This document shows positions 30,417 through 40,050 of a DNA stretch of 64,000 bases, piece after piece. Position numbers and translations under genes: made by a program. Numbering within the stretch: position 1 is the first letter of the stretch; every line of letters begins with the position of its first letter. Location of the stretch: positions 32,001-96,000 of IMG/VR virus record IMGVR_UViG_3300025030_000004, one strand, 5' to 3'. The notes under the pieces were generated by a model, which made no database searches, was not told the DNA's origin, and was given only the letters and a program-made list of their open reading frames with translations. Source of the stretch: a virus.

Positions 30417-30446
30417 TATTATTGCCAACAATCAAAGAAAATATTC
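30417..30446 (-). promoter_or_regulatory. sigmaF/sigmaG-like forespore promoter
   Basis: GAATA-N15-GGCAATAATA. Confidence 0.5.
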
Positions 30447-30584
30447 AAAAGAAATGAGAATGTAAAATTAAATAGACGTATGCTAAATTTGCTAGGCGTA
30501 AAGGGTTACACCTAACAATATGCTGTGAGATATCTAATTTAGAACTGTTTCATCCTATTTACTTAAAATAAGGAGTGGTAATTT

Positions 30585-30926
30585 ATGACAAATGAAAATC
30601 CTATTCTAATTCACTTTAAAAAACACGGAATCAAGTATTTACAAGGAGGATTAATAGTTGGATACATTATCCTAATTGATCCGTCTGTAGCTCTTGGCGT
30701 AGCAACTATTGAACAAACGTCAACTGAATTTTATAAGAAAGTTTTAGGATTAGGGAGAGCTGTAATTCTCATAAAAGGAGGTTTAGAAATTGTTCAACAT
30801 GCTCTAAGTGGAGACTTCCAACAAGTAAAGAAGACAATTTTAAATTATCTAGGTATGTATGCCCTTTTACTTTTGCTTCCTTATGGGTTAGATCAAATTG
30901 ATGCCTTGATAGGAGGTTTGAAGTAA
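30585..30926 (+). CDS. VirB2/TrbC pilin-like membrane protein
   Basis: leader ending VALG, two hydrophobic helices separated by SGD. Confidence 0.5.
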   Translation: MTNENPILIHFKKHGIKYLQGGLIVGYIILIDPSVALGVATIEQTSTEFYKKVLGLGRAVILIKGGLEIVQHALSGDFQQVKKTILNYLGMYALLLLLPYGLDQIDALIGGLK

Positions 30927-31169
30927 ATGTCAAATTATGCTGATTGGTTTACAACCGCTATAAAGACAGCATTAAAAGAAAGCGTTGCCGAAAGTTTTAA
31001 TTGGATTATGACAGGAATAATTTTAAATGTTGTATATGTATCCCATGCTGTTGCTTTAATTGGAGGTGGAATTTTAATTATTCTTTATGTAGGTGGTTAT
31101 AAATCTGGTCTCCAAAAATGTTCTATTCTAACAGTTGCTTATGGTATGATTAAATATTTACTGGGATGA
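30927..31169 (+). CDS. small two-TM membrane protein
   Basis: hydrophobic helices; abuts neighbours. Confidence 0.65.
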   Translation: MSNYADWFTTAIKTALKESVAESFNWIMTGIILNVVYVSHAVALIGGGILIILYVGGYKSGLQKCSILTVAYGMIKYLLG

Positions 31170-31170
31170 G

Positions 31171-33555
31171 GTGATTAGAATGAAAGGAATTAAATTAAGT
31201 AATTACTTTAAAATTATTAACCCCGAATATGTCTACCTAAGATTGACTCCAAACAATTCAATTGAGAACAAGAACACGGACAGAATCGCCAAATCAATCT
31301 CCACAATATTTAAAGGAGTGGCTAAACATCTAAAAGTGGAAGAAGGGAAACTAGTTAGACTATATCCATTTAAAAGACAATTCATGATTGGAACAAGATA
31401 TAGTTTCCAAACATCAGAAAAAGTATCTTATTTTATTTTTATTGAAAAGCAAAGCGTGGAATTCTATTTCATAATTCCCAAAAATCACCTTTCACTATTA
31501 AGAGAAAAGATTAGAGATTCTTGGGCTAATGTCACAATTAAGGAAGTCGATGAATTGCCTCAATTTAATGAAAAGGCAACTAAATATCAAATGATTTATT
31601 CTAAAGAAGATGCTCTTAGTTTGTCTGTAGATAAGCGCAGTAGCGAACTTTTAAGTGCAAACCTTAATGTTATTGATGTGTTAGAAAGTGGCGATAAGGT
31701 GGGAATATTTTATAATTTCATTCCTACTAATCAATTTTCATGGAAGGCTGAGTATAAAAATACGATTCAAAAAGTAAGAGATGGATTGCCTACAGATAGA
31801 GAAAAGGTAAGTATTAATTTCCTATTTAAATTCCTCATTACTATTGTTGTGGAGATTAGTGACTTATTAGGAGAAGTTACTTCTGGGAAGGCATCTAAAA
31901 AGAGGGGATTAACCACAGATAATATGGCACAGATGGAAAGAGTTATTGAGCGCATGAACAAGTCAGTAGTTAGTAAATCAACATATTCTAAAGCAACAGA
32001 TGTTATATTAAATACCCAAATTATTATATTATCAGAGTGTGTAGACAAACTAAGAGAAATCAACCATGCTAAAAGCCTATCTCAGAGCTTTGAAGTAATT
32101 AATGAAGAAGATGGAGGAAATTCTCTCAGAGCGAAATACTATAGCAAGAAATTTAATCCAAATGATTATTCAATTAATGGTGCAGAAATTAATAAGATTT
32201 CATCAGGAGAATGTCAAAACTTTATAGCATTAGCAGGAAGAAAGATTCTTGAGAGATATGATTTTATTGATAAAGTGAATACTCAAGAGACAAAAGTTCC
32301 TGAAGATTTAAGAACGGGGATAATGTGTGTAGGGACAAACACATATAGAGGTATCCAACAAGAAGCTTTTCTTAGTACGGACAGGGAATATCAACAGTTA
32401 GTTTTAGTCTTAATTGGCCCTACTAGAGCAGGCAAGAGTATATTGATTTCCAACCTTGCCAGAAATTCTATGGAGAATAATGAGTGTTGTATAATTTTTG
32501 ACTTCATAGAAAATTGTGAGTTATCAATGGAGATTGCTAGTGTATTGCCTAAAGACAAAGTTAAGGTTATTGAATGTGGGGATATAAGCAAATTGCAAGG
32601 GCTTGGTTACAATGAAGTTGGTATTAGTAAAGACACTTTTATTCAATATGACAATGCTAAAAAACAAACTACTCAATTACTCACATTGATTAATTCTGTT
32701 AATGCAGATGAAAAAACTCTAGCACCAAGGATGGAAAGATATCTTACAGCTTCATCATTAATCACATTTATTCAAGGTGGAAATATCAAGGACGTTTTTG
32801 ATATTTTAGTCAACCATCAAATAAGAGCCAAATTCATGCAGAAAATTCCATCAAATCAGAAAGAAAATTTATCAGAGTACATTTCTGCACTTGATGAATT
32901 AGATGAGGTAGACAAAAAGGAAGGATTTGTAATTGGGACTAAGCATTCATATATTAGTGGCATCTTAGATCGATTGCAAAAACTTAAAGCAAACACTTAC
33001 ATGGAATTAATGCTAAAAAAAGGAACGAAAGATAATATTAATTTGATTGACGAAATTCAGAAACCACAATTAATATGTCTAAGAATGCCCGAATCAATGT
33101 TTAATACAGATGCAGAAAGAGACGTTTATTGTACCTATTGGATGACGAAATTATGGTTAGCATTACAATTAAGAGCAGAAAAATTTAGAGACAAAGGAGA
33201 TAGAATTAAAGTTAACTTATTCATAGATGAACTTTATCAAGTAAATCATACTGAGGAATTCTTAACTGAGAAATTAAGTAGACTAGCAAAATTCAGACTG
33301 AAACCCATTATATCTTGCCATTATCTTAATCAAATAAAAGGAATTAGAGATGAATTAAGAAGTGCAAATGCAAGCTATATGCTTTTGTCTGGTTGTGATA
33401 AACAGAACTATAATGAATTAAAAGAAGAATTACAACCTTATGAAATGGAAGATTTATTAAAACTACCACGATACCATAGTTTGAATTTGATTAAATGTAA
33501 AGATGGATATGCAAAGTTTATTACGAAACTACCATCTCCTATAAAGGGAGTGTGA
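31171..33555 (+). CDS. HerA/FtsK-superfamily (VirB4/VirD4-like) ATPase
   Basis: Walker A GPTRAGKS, Walker B LFIDELYQ, SCHYLNQI. Confidence 0.75.
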   Translation: MIRMKGIKLSNYFKIINPEYVYLRLTPNNSIENKNTDRIAKSISTIFKGVAKHLKVEEGKLVRLYPFKRQFMIGTRYSFQTSEKVSYFIFIEKQSVEFYFIIPKNHLSLLREKIRDSWANVTIKEVDELPQFNEKATKYQMIYSKEDALSLSVDKRSSELLSANLNVIDVLESGDKVGIFYNFIPTNQFSWKAEYKNTIQKVRDGLPTDREKVSINFLFKFLITIVVEISDLLGEVTSGKASKKRGLTTDNMAQMERVIERMNKSVVSKSTYSKATDVILNTQIIILSECVDKLREINHAKSLSQSFEVINEEDGGNSLRAKYYSKKFNPNDYSINGAEINKISSGECQNFIALAGRKILERYDFIDKVNTQETKVPEDLRTGIMCVGTNTYRGIQQEAFLSTDREYQQLVLVLIGPTRAGKSILISNLARNSMENNECCIIFDFIENCELSMEIASVLPKDKVKVIECGDISKLQGLGYNEVGISKDTFIQYDNAKKQTTQLLTLINSVNADEKTLAPRMERYLTASSLITFIQGGNIKDVFDILVNHQIRAKFMQKIPSNQKENLSEYISALDELDEVDKKEGFVIGTKHSYISGILDRLQKLKANTYMELMLKKGTKDNINLIDEIQKPQLICLRMPESMFNTDAERDVYCTYWMTKLWLALQLRAEKFRDKGDRIKVNLFIDELYQVNHTEEFLTEKLSRLAKFRLKPIISCHYLNQIKGIRDELRSANASYMLLSGCDKQNYNELKEELQPYEMEDLLKLPRYHSLNLIKCKDGYAKFITKLPSPIKGV

Positions 33556-34088
33556 TTATGGATTCTTTTATTAAGGATAATAAGTTTTTGATTGTTGCGT
33601 TGGTGTTATTGGTTTATCTGACAAGTAAGAAGTATATCAGTAATTCACATGACACTTGGATTATGCCTGTAGAAGGAGTTATTACACAGGAATTTAATGT
33701 AGATGGCATAGGTCATGAACATCATGGGATTGATATTGGGTGTGAAACGACAAACATCCATGCTTCCCAAAAAGGAACTGTTTCATTTTCAGGATGGAAT
33801 GATATTTATGGTAATTGCATTATGATTTCACATGAAGAAGGAATAGCTTCACTGTATGGTCACAATAGTGAGAATTTGGTTAAAGTTGGAGATAAGATTA
33901 AGCAGGGAAGCGTGATTGCTGTAAGTGGGAATACGGGTAGAAGTTTTGGAATTCACTGTCATATGGAAATTAGAGTGAATAATATTTGTGTTAATCCTAT
34001 GGATTATTTGACAGGGGAGGTTGAGGATACGATAGGTATAAAAGAACCAGATTTTGATGCTAATTCCTATTTGCCACAAAATATCTGA
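33552..34088 (+). CDS. membrane-anchored M23 peptidase
   Basis: N-terminal TM, HHGID, YGH, GNTGRS.G.HCH.E. Confidence 0.9.
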   Translation: MIMDSFIKDNKFLIVALVLLVYLTSKKYISNSHDTWIMPVEGVITQEFNVDGIGHEHHGIDIGCETTNIHASQKGTVSFSGWNDIYGNCIMISHEEGIASLYGHNSENLVKVGDKIKQGSVIAVSGNTGRSFGIHCHMEIRVNNICVNPMDYLTGEVEDTIGIKEPDFDANSYLPQNI

Positions 34089-34177
34089 TTATTTTCGTGA
34101 TTTATTTAAAATAAATGTATGTAATATTTGGAATTAGGTTAAAATCATGTTAATATATTAAGAAAGGATGATTTCCT

Positions 34178-35563
34178 TTGAAAATGAGACTGGTAAGAAA
34201 CAGAGAAGACATGAAGGAGGATAATGATATGGGAGTACAAAAGGAATTGAATGAACAGAAAGAACTTACTGAGGAAGAAATGGCAATACTTAAAATGAGA
34301 AACTTAGAATTTACTTCATTGAGTAATATCACAGCAAAAAAGAACAATGAAACCAATCAAACAGATGAAGAATTTAATGAGAAACAAAAGTTAAAAGAAT
34401 CAAATAGATTAAAAAAGGAAGTAAAGAAAAGATTAGAGGCATTAAACAACGCTGAAGAATGGAAATTTGAGAATGTAATAGAAGTGTTCCGCAACAATGA
34501 ATTAGTAAAATACCAAACCGTCGCCAATATTGAAGTCTTGGCTACCCTTTTTGACAGAGGTGTTTTGGAATATAATGGAAATTTACAAAGAGGATATAGA
34601 AAAAACAGTAAGAATGAGTTAATAGCCGTAAGGTCTCAAAAACAAATAAATTTGATCTATGAAAGTATTTGTAAAAATAAAATGCATGGTGGTTTTATTA
34701 CTGTAAATTGGAACCCAGAAAAAGGCGATATTAATTATGATGAGAATGAACAAACGATTTCAGGTTCAATTGATCAGAAATTAGATATCCTTGACGGGCA
34801 ACATAGATTAGCTGCATTTTCGAAAATTTTAAAGGCTTATCGACGTGACCCAAACTCAGTTCCTAATCCATCTGATTATCAAATTGGACTTGTGATTGAA
34901 CTACTAGATGATGATTCTGCAAAATCGCTTTTTAGCGAATATTGTCTAAAAGGTTTAAAAATTAATAAATCAAGAGGAGAATTTTTAAACGTAGAAGATA
35001 ATACAAACAAGCTATGCAGAGAAATCATGAAAAAGTCTGATCTTAAAGTAGAGGTCATTTCAACCTCTATTAAAGCCAATTCTGAAAATATAATTACCTT
35101 TGGTGTCCTTTCTAAGAATATAAAGGACAATTTCGCTCCTCAGACCAAACTTGAAATTGAAGAACTCAGTAATTATTTAACAATGTTTGTTGATTCTTTA
35201 ATTCAGACTTTTCCTAAATTCATGGCAAGTAAAAACCTTGAAGAAAGAGCAGATTTGAGGACTCATAACCTTGCAATGGAAGCCCTTAGTTGGAATGGTT
35301 ATTTTAAATTAAGTACCAAATTGCAAGGTAAGAGTCAAGATAAAATATTAAGTATTCTTAATAAATTCAATGATAAAGTAGAATATAATGGTTGGAGTGG
35401 AAATTTCTTAGATAAGGAGAATCCAATCTTTAGAAAAATTATGAGGGAAGGATTTAAAATTATCAATACTTCATCTTCAGCAACTTGGATCAATAAGGTT
35501 TTTGTTGAGTACGTGTTGGAAGGTAAGAGTTTGAATGAAATTGGCAGAGAAGAAGTAAAATAA
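34178..35563 (+). CDS. DGQHR-domain (DndB/ParB-like) protein; true start probably 34228
   Basis: LQRG, ILDGQHRL motifs; AAGGAGG RBS before MGVQK. Confidence 0.75.
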   Translation: MKMRLVRNREDMKEDNDMGVQKELNEQKELTEEEMAILKMRNLEFTSLSNITAKKNNETNQTDEEFNEKQKLKESNRLKKEVKKRLEALNNAEEWKFENVIEVFRNNELVKYQTVANIEVLATLFDRGVLEYNGNLQRGYRKNSKNELIAVRSQKQINLIYESICKNKMHGGFITVNWNPEKGDINYDENEQTISGSIDQKLDILDGQHRLAAFSKILKAYRRDPNSVPNPSDYQIGLVIELLDDDSAKSLFSEYCLKGLKINKSRGEFLNVEDNTNKLCREIMKKSDLKVEVISTSIKANSENIITFGVLSKNIKDNFAPQTKLEIEELSNYLTMFVDSLIQTFPKFMASKNLEERADLRTHNLAMEALSWNGYFKLSTKLQGKSQDKILSILNKFNDKVEYNGWSGNFLDKENPIFRKIMREGFKIINTSSSATWINKVFVEYVLEGKSLNEIGREEVK

Positions 35564-35575
35564 AATGGTAAAAAA

Positions 35576-35609
35576 ATAGGCATATCTACAATTAAGTAGA
35601 TATGCCTAT
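35576..35609. terminator. bidirectional terminator between convergent genes
   Basis: ATAGGCATATCTAC-N6-GTAGATATGCCTAT. Confidence 0.8.
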
Positions 35610-35625
35610 AATATTATTTATAACT

Positions 35626-37128
35626 TTATAAATATATCCAAACTAATTTTGTTCCATTTTGTAATGCACCTGCTGATTTTTGCTTGTTTGTACAACATGA
35701 ATATATATTACCTACTTTGATGCTATATTTAACTCCAGCTTCTATTGCAGAGTCAAACACTTCTTCTGTAGTTATACATTTAACTTTTTTTGATCTTTCC
35801 TGATTTCTTTTAATAAACCCTACTAATCTTTTTTCTTTTTCTAATTGTGGATCATATTCGCACCAACCTAATTCAGTTCCTTGTTTTAAATATTTTCTAA
35901 TAGATTTTCTTCCTAATTTTAATATTTTTGCAATGTTTGTAACATTTTTTGTACCCTTATTCCATTCATCACATGCTAACTTAACCATGCTTTTAATTCC
36001 TGCTTCATAGCACTTCAACCAATTTATATCTTCTTCCTTAAAATTTAATAGTATAGGTAATTCACTGCTCATTATGTTATTTTTTATCCATTCCATTGTA
36101 GAATATCTACAATCAATAATAATATAATGATCTATTTTATGTTCTTTAGCTAACTGTTCTTTTTTTCTATCATTTTCTTGTGTTTCTGTTAATCTGCTCC
36201 ATTTTCTACTATTTTCTTCATAATGTTGAATTCCATGACATTCACAAATTCCATTTATATCATCTAGATAAAAATCATATCTATAATCTTTACACCATTT
36301 AAAAGTCTTTTTTGTTAATTCTGTTTGAAATATTTTATTTAATTGTTCAAATAAATTATATGTAAATTTCTGGGAGAAACTTATACCATCACTGCAACGA
36401 GAGCATCCGAACCCTTGATGGAGAAAATGAGAAATGCTTATTGGTTTTTCAAATTTACAATTAGGACATTTCATTAAAATTTTTTTATTTGAACCTGCTG
36501 ACACAGACAACGCATCTTCTTTGTTTACTAAAAATTTTACTAAATGAGGATGAGTCATTGAAATTGTATTACATTGATTGCAAGTAATACTTCCTTTATT
36601 GCCATGTGTAAAACTATTGATATTCTTTTGTTCAGATTTATGTTTAGGGTGATCTAAACATTTGAACCAATATCCTTTTTGATTTAAAGTATTAGAACTA
36701 TAACTTACATCTTGAGGTCTAATTACATTACCATATTCATCAACATTTAACTCATAATCCCATCTGGATATTATATAATCTGCTACTTCTTTTGATAAGT
36801 TTTCGTAGCACCAATCATAGAAAGATATACTGTTTTTTAATCTCGTTTTTATCATTTTTATTGTACCAAATAATTTTATAGCACATTTAAGACAATAATA
36901 TTTTCCATCATTATGTATAGACCTTTTATAATCTTTCCACCTAACATTTTTTATCTCTTCTCCACACAAATCACATTTAATATTAATCAATGACACAGAT
37001 CCTTTAGATAAATCTTCTACTTTTACTTCAAAATTATCTCCTAATTTTGTATAAATGTATTCTTTTTCTTCATACCATGCTTTGTTTCTTCCATTCCACT
37101 TAACAATTGCAGTTTTACTAATCAACAT
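35626..37128 (-). CDS. zinc-ribbon / very-short-patch-type (PD-(D/E)XK) free-standing homing endonuclease with NUMOD1-like tail
   Basis: multiple CxxC, YRYDFYL...IECHGIQHY...NDRKK, KKVKCITTEEVFDS. Confidence 0.7.
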   Translation of the reverse strand: MLISKTAIVKWNGRNKAWYEEKEYIYTKLGDNFEVKVEDLSKGSVSLINIKCDLCGEEIKNVRWKDYKRSIHNDGKYYCLKCAIKLFGTIKMIKTRLKNSISFYDWCYENLSKEVADYIISRWDYELNVDEYGNVIRPQDVSYSSNTLNQKGYWFKCLDHPKHKSEQKNINSFTHGNKGSITCNQCNTISMTHPHLVKFLVNKEDALSVSAGSNKKILMKCPNCKFEKPISISHFLHQGFGCSRCSDGISFSQKFTYNLFEQLNKIFQTELTKKTFKWCKDYRYDFYLDDINGICECHGIQHYEENSRKWSRLTETQENDRKKEQLAKEHKIDHYIIIDCRYSTMEWIKNNIMSSELPILLNFKEEDINWLKCYEAGIKSMVKLACDEWNKGTKNVTNIAKILKLGRKSIRKYLKQGTELGWCEYDPQLEKEKRLVGFIKRNQERSKKVKCITTEEVFDSAIEAGVKYSIKVGNIYSCCTNKQKSAGALQNGTKLVWIYL

Positions 37129-37140
37129 AAATCTATCCCC

Positions 37141-37246
37141 TTCCTTAATAGGTCATAAAAATAGGGAAAGACACTCAAACTCTAAGGAAAGTCCAAGTGT
37201 CTTAATTACACTCAATCAGGTATCGATCCCTAAAAGAGCAACCATA
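37141..37246 (-). ncRNA. structured leader RNA, divergent copy
   Basis: hairpin with ATCGAT loop plus long hairpin whose loop TTCCTTA is complementary to TAAGGAA at the RBS. Confidence 0.5.
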
Positions 37247-37323
37247 AAATTGTAAAAACAAAACAAAACAAAAAAAACACCTATCTCTAGATGCTTCAAA
37301 TGTGTCCGTAACGGACATAATTA

Positions 37324-39183
37324 TTAATTATCTTTTCTAACAATAATCTTAGGATAACTTCTAGCAGGACAATCAATATTATATTTCTCTTTAATGTCTT
37401 TATTAGCAGTTATCTTAACCAAACCATAACTATCCAATATTTCTTGAATACTACGTTTCCATTGAGTTTCAGAAGTATTATTAACCTTTAAATCCTTCTC
37501 TAAGACATATCCTTGTGCTTCTATGCCACTCATTATGTATGTAGCTAATATATTGCTATTATCATCAGATTTCTCAGTAGTACCTTGCTCATTTTCATAA
37601 ACATATTGAGGGAATACTCTATTAGTAAACTCCATTCCGAATGTCCTTAATAAATATTCCCTAGATAATCCCTTTAAAGATATATTATGTTCCTTTAATA
37701 CAATAGCAATTTTATTACTTTCTTCCAATGAATTAACACCATATGAGTCAATACTATAGAAGTTAGTCAATTTTTTATGCTTGTATTTAGCAGCAATATG
37801 TTTTGCTTTCTTGAGTGTATCTTCTGGTAATTTTTCATGAGGTATTTTATTCAATAAACTTAACAAAGTAAATAAAGTAACACTCTGAGATACTTTGGTT
37901 TTATCCTTTGAGTCAAATACATCCATTAAATTATTTAAAGATATAAAGAATAAAGGGTTTCCATCCACACTAAAATCTTCTTTTTTAACATTCATTTTTG
38001 CAAGATTGTTCAATGCAATAAGATTGGATTTTCTAGTTCTAATTAAAGAATATAATTGTGGATATATTTCCTTAAATTCAGCCGATAATAATAATTCAAT
38101 ATTCGTATCAAGTATTTCTATTTGTTCCTTTTGCCATTTAGTTTGTTGGAGTTCGATATTATACACTTTCTTAATAAACTCAATAGCTTTAATTCTTTTA
38201 CATTTAGCAAGTTTCTCTACTAATGATATTATTGTATATTTAGCTCCACACCCAAAACATTTATATATTTGTGTACCACTATTAGTTTCATAGATATGGG
38301 CAGAAGGAGTATCGTCTTGATGGTCTGGTAATATGCAATTTACTGTTCCATAAATATTTGTAAAATCACATAAATCAATTTTATTCATAAAATCATATAC
38401 TTCTTGTTTATTTATGCATATTATTTCCTCATCATTATCAATATTTAAAAGTGATTTCATCAAAACTATATCAAGAGATTTTATAGCTTCAATATTAGAA
38501 AAATACCCTGTAACCGTTGGGAGAGTAGCAACGTGAGCTTTCTCCATACTGATAGAAGAAGAGTTTAGTGTATTAGTATTGAGAAAGCTCAGAGTGTCCT
38601 TAGAAGTACCATTAACCTTAACTTTAATAAGAGAAGAAATTAGAGTATTTAAAACATCTTCAAATCTTACCATAATATCACCAACATTAATTCTATTTTC
38701 ATAATCACATTCAATTAAACCCTTACCTCCAAAGAATAGTCTTGTAGGATCAAATGTCACGCTGTCACTATTAGGAAATAATTCAATTAATAACTTTTGA
38801 AAATTATTTCTTATTTCAACATCAATGATTATTTCTTCGCTACAAAATACTAATCTAAATTTCTCCTTATATTCTGTATAAGAGAAAGTCTTATACCCAA
38901 ACACAGGTTTAATACCTAATTCTTTACATCTTTTTAATTCATTATTTATAGTTGTTCCTTCGTCAAAATCTAATGCAAATATCTGTTGACTTACCCAATC
39001 TTTACTTTTTGTTCCATTAAGTAATGCAGGTTTAAATGTTGCTCCATTACACAATAAATTTGCCAATTCTTCAATTTTAATTTCTGTTTGAGACATTCTT
39101 TTCTGAATTCCACCTGATTCTGCTCCACTTGGTTTCTTTGTAAATGTCTTTTTGTCTAACATACATTTAATCATTTTTACCAT
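37324..39183 (-). CDS. primase-like replication initiator (Rep) with central CHC2-type zinc finger
   Basis: FALDFD, YKTFS..KFRLVF, DPTRLFFG, C..PDH.D.TPSA...YKCFGC. Confidence 0.65.
   Translation of the reverse strand: MVKMIKCMLDKKTFTKKPSGAESGGIQKRMSQTEIKIEELANLLCNGATFKPALLNGTKSKDWVSQQIFALDFDEGTTINNELKRCKELGIKPVFGYKTFSYTEYKEKFRLVFCSEEIIIDVEIRNNFQKLLIELFPNSDSVTFDPTRLFFGGKGLIECDYENRINVGDIMVRFEDVLNTLISSLIKVKVNGTSKDTLSFLNTNTLNSSSISMEKAHVATLPTVTGYFSNIEAIKSLDIVLMKSLLNIDNDEEIICINKQEVYDFMNKIDLCDFTNIYGTVNCILPDHQDDTPSAHIYETNSGTQIYKCFGCGAKYTIISLVEKLAKCKRIKAIEFIKKVYNIELQQTKWQKEQIEILDTNIELLLSAEFKEIYPQLYSLIRTRKSNLIALNNLAKMNVKKEDFSVDGNPLFFISLNNLMDVFDSKDKTKVSQSVTLFTLLSLLNKIPHEKLPEDTLKKAKHIAAKYKHKKLTNFYSIDSYGVNSLEESNKIAIVLKEHNISLKGLSREYLLRTFGMEFTNRVFPQYVYENEQGTTEKSDDNSNILATYIMSGIEAQGYVLEKDLKVNNTSETQWKRSIQEILDSYGLVKITANKDIKEKYNIDCPARSYPKIIVRKDN
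38534..38591. repeat. intragenic 23-bp inverted repeat, candidate origin
   Basis: TGAGCTTTCTCCATACTGATAGA vs TGAGCTTTCTCAATACTAATACA (20/23), 12-nt spacer. Confidence 0.6.
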
Positions 39184-39215
39184 CTCTCTTTCTTTGTTAC
39201 TCTCTAAAAAGGTAA

Positions 39216-39277
39216 ACTAGCAAGATAGGGGAGAGTACCCTTTGATGATGATTCATGAGGTCATCACTCTTGCTAGT
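39216..39277 (-). ncRNA. structured three-way-junction leader RNA upstream of rep
   Basis: P1 ACTAGCAAGA/TCTTGCTAGT, P2 loop with TCATGA, P3 loop TACTCTC complementary to downstream GAGAGTA. Confidence 0.75.
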
Positions 39278-39347
39278 CATATTTGTGTAATATTTCAACA
39301 CAAAAAATCTCATTCTTAATAAAGAATGAGATTACTTCTATTGAAAT

Positions 39348-39600
39348 TTAACTTATGCTATTTTATATACTCCTTTAAAATTAACTAATTTATTAATGAC
39401 AGATGTTGATACTTTATACTCCTCTGCCAATTCTTTTTGCATATATTTTCCCGTGCTGAACCTCCGCACGAGCTAAAGCTCGGCAGGTTCTTATGTACTA
39501 GTATATTTTCCCTAATTTCTAATACTTGTTCAGAATTGAATTTTATTTTTGCATCAGATAACTTTTTCCGATATTCTGCTTCAATTCCTATTGAAATATT
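39348..39600 (-). pseudogene. C-terminal remnant of a GIY-YIG endonuclease, interrupted by an IS-end fragment
   Basis: KKLSDAKIKFNSEQVLEIRE...STGKYMQKELAEEYKVSTSVINKLVNFKGVYK aligns by eye with the C-terminus of 63134..63739. Confidence 0.7.
39457..39502 (-). mobile_element. IS200/IS605-type end hairpin remnant
   Basis: AAGAACCTGCCGAGCTTTAGCTCGTGCGGAGGTTCA; GC-rich insert in an AT-rich pseudogene. Confidence 0.6.
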
Positions 39601-39652
39601 ATTTATTATTTACATATCATGAAAGCAAAGTTTCACTCTAAAAGGTTTGTGA

Positions 39653-39979
39653 TTACTTCTTTAATGCATCGTTCTGTACTCCGACCAATTCTTCAACTAT
39701 TTTAACTGCATTTTCGATAATTTCCTGAGTAGGCACAATCCCAGTATCTTTTTTATATTTAGCTACAAAAGTTGTTATGAAATAGCTTAACTTTTCATTG
39801 CCTTGAATTCCCCAAGTCTTATAGTTATCTTCAATATAACTAAATAAATCAACCGATATATCAATATATTTTTTAGAGATTAGATTTTTATTAACCAATA
39901 CTCCGATTAAAATTACTAAAACTATTGCATATAATGTTAATGCAGGGGTGGAGAGGAGAACACTTACTAATAATTCCAT
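39653..39979 (-). CDS. holin (LL-H-like)
   Basis: N-terminal TM, G.EKL...IE.AV pattern; lysis cluster. Confidence 0.65.
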   Translation of the reverse strand: MELLVSVLLSTPALTLYAIVLVILIGVLVNKNLISKKYIDISVDLFSYIEDNYKTWGIQGNEKLSYFITTFVAKYKKDTGIVPTQEIIENAVKIVEELVGVQNDALKK

Positions 39980-40011
39980 TTAATTTTCCTTCTTTCATCA
40001 AAATACGTAGC

Positions 40012-40046
40012 CGGATACCCCTAGCTTTAGCTATGGGGTTATTGAC
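40012..40046 (-). mobile_element. IS200/IS605 (IscB/HEARO-type) terminal hairpin footprint
   Basis: GTCAATAACCCCATAGCTAAAGCTAGGGGTATCCG. Confidence 0.55.
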
Positions 40047-40050
40047 TTTA

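Noticed and set aside
39437-39622. Plus-strand 61-aa ORF
   Set aside because: Better explained as the reverse complement of the GIY-YIG remnant plus IS-end insert.
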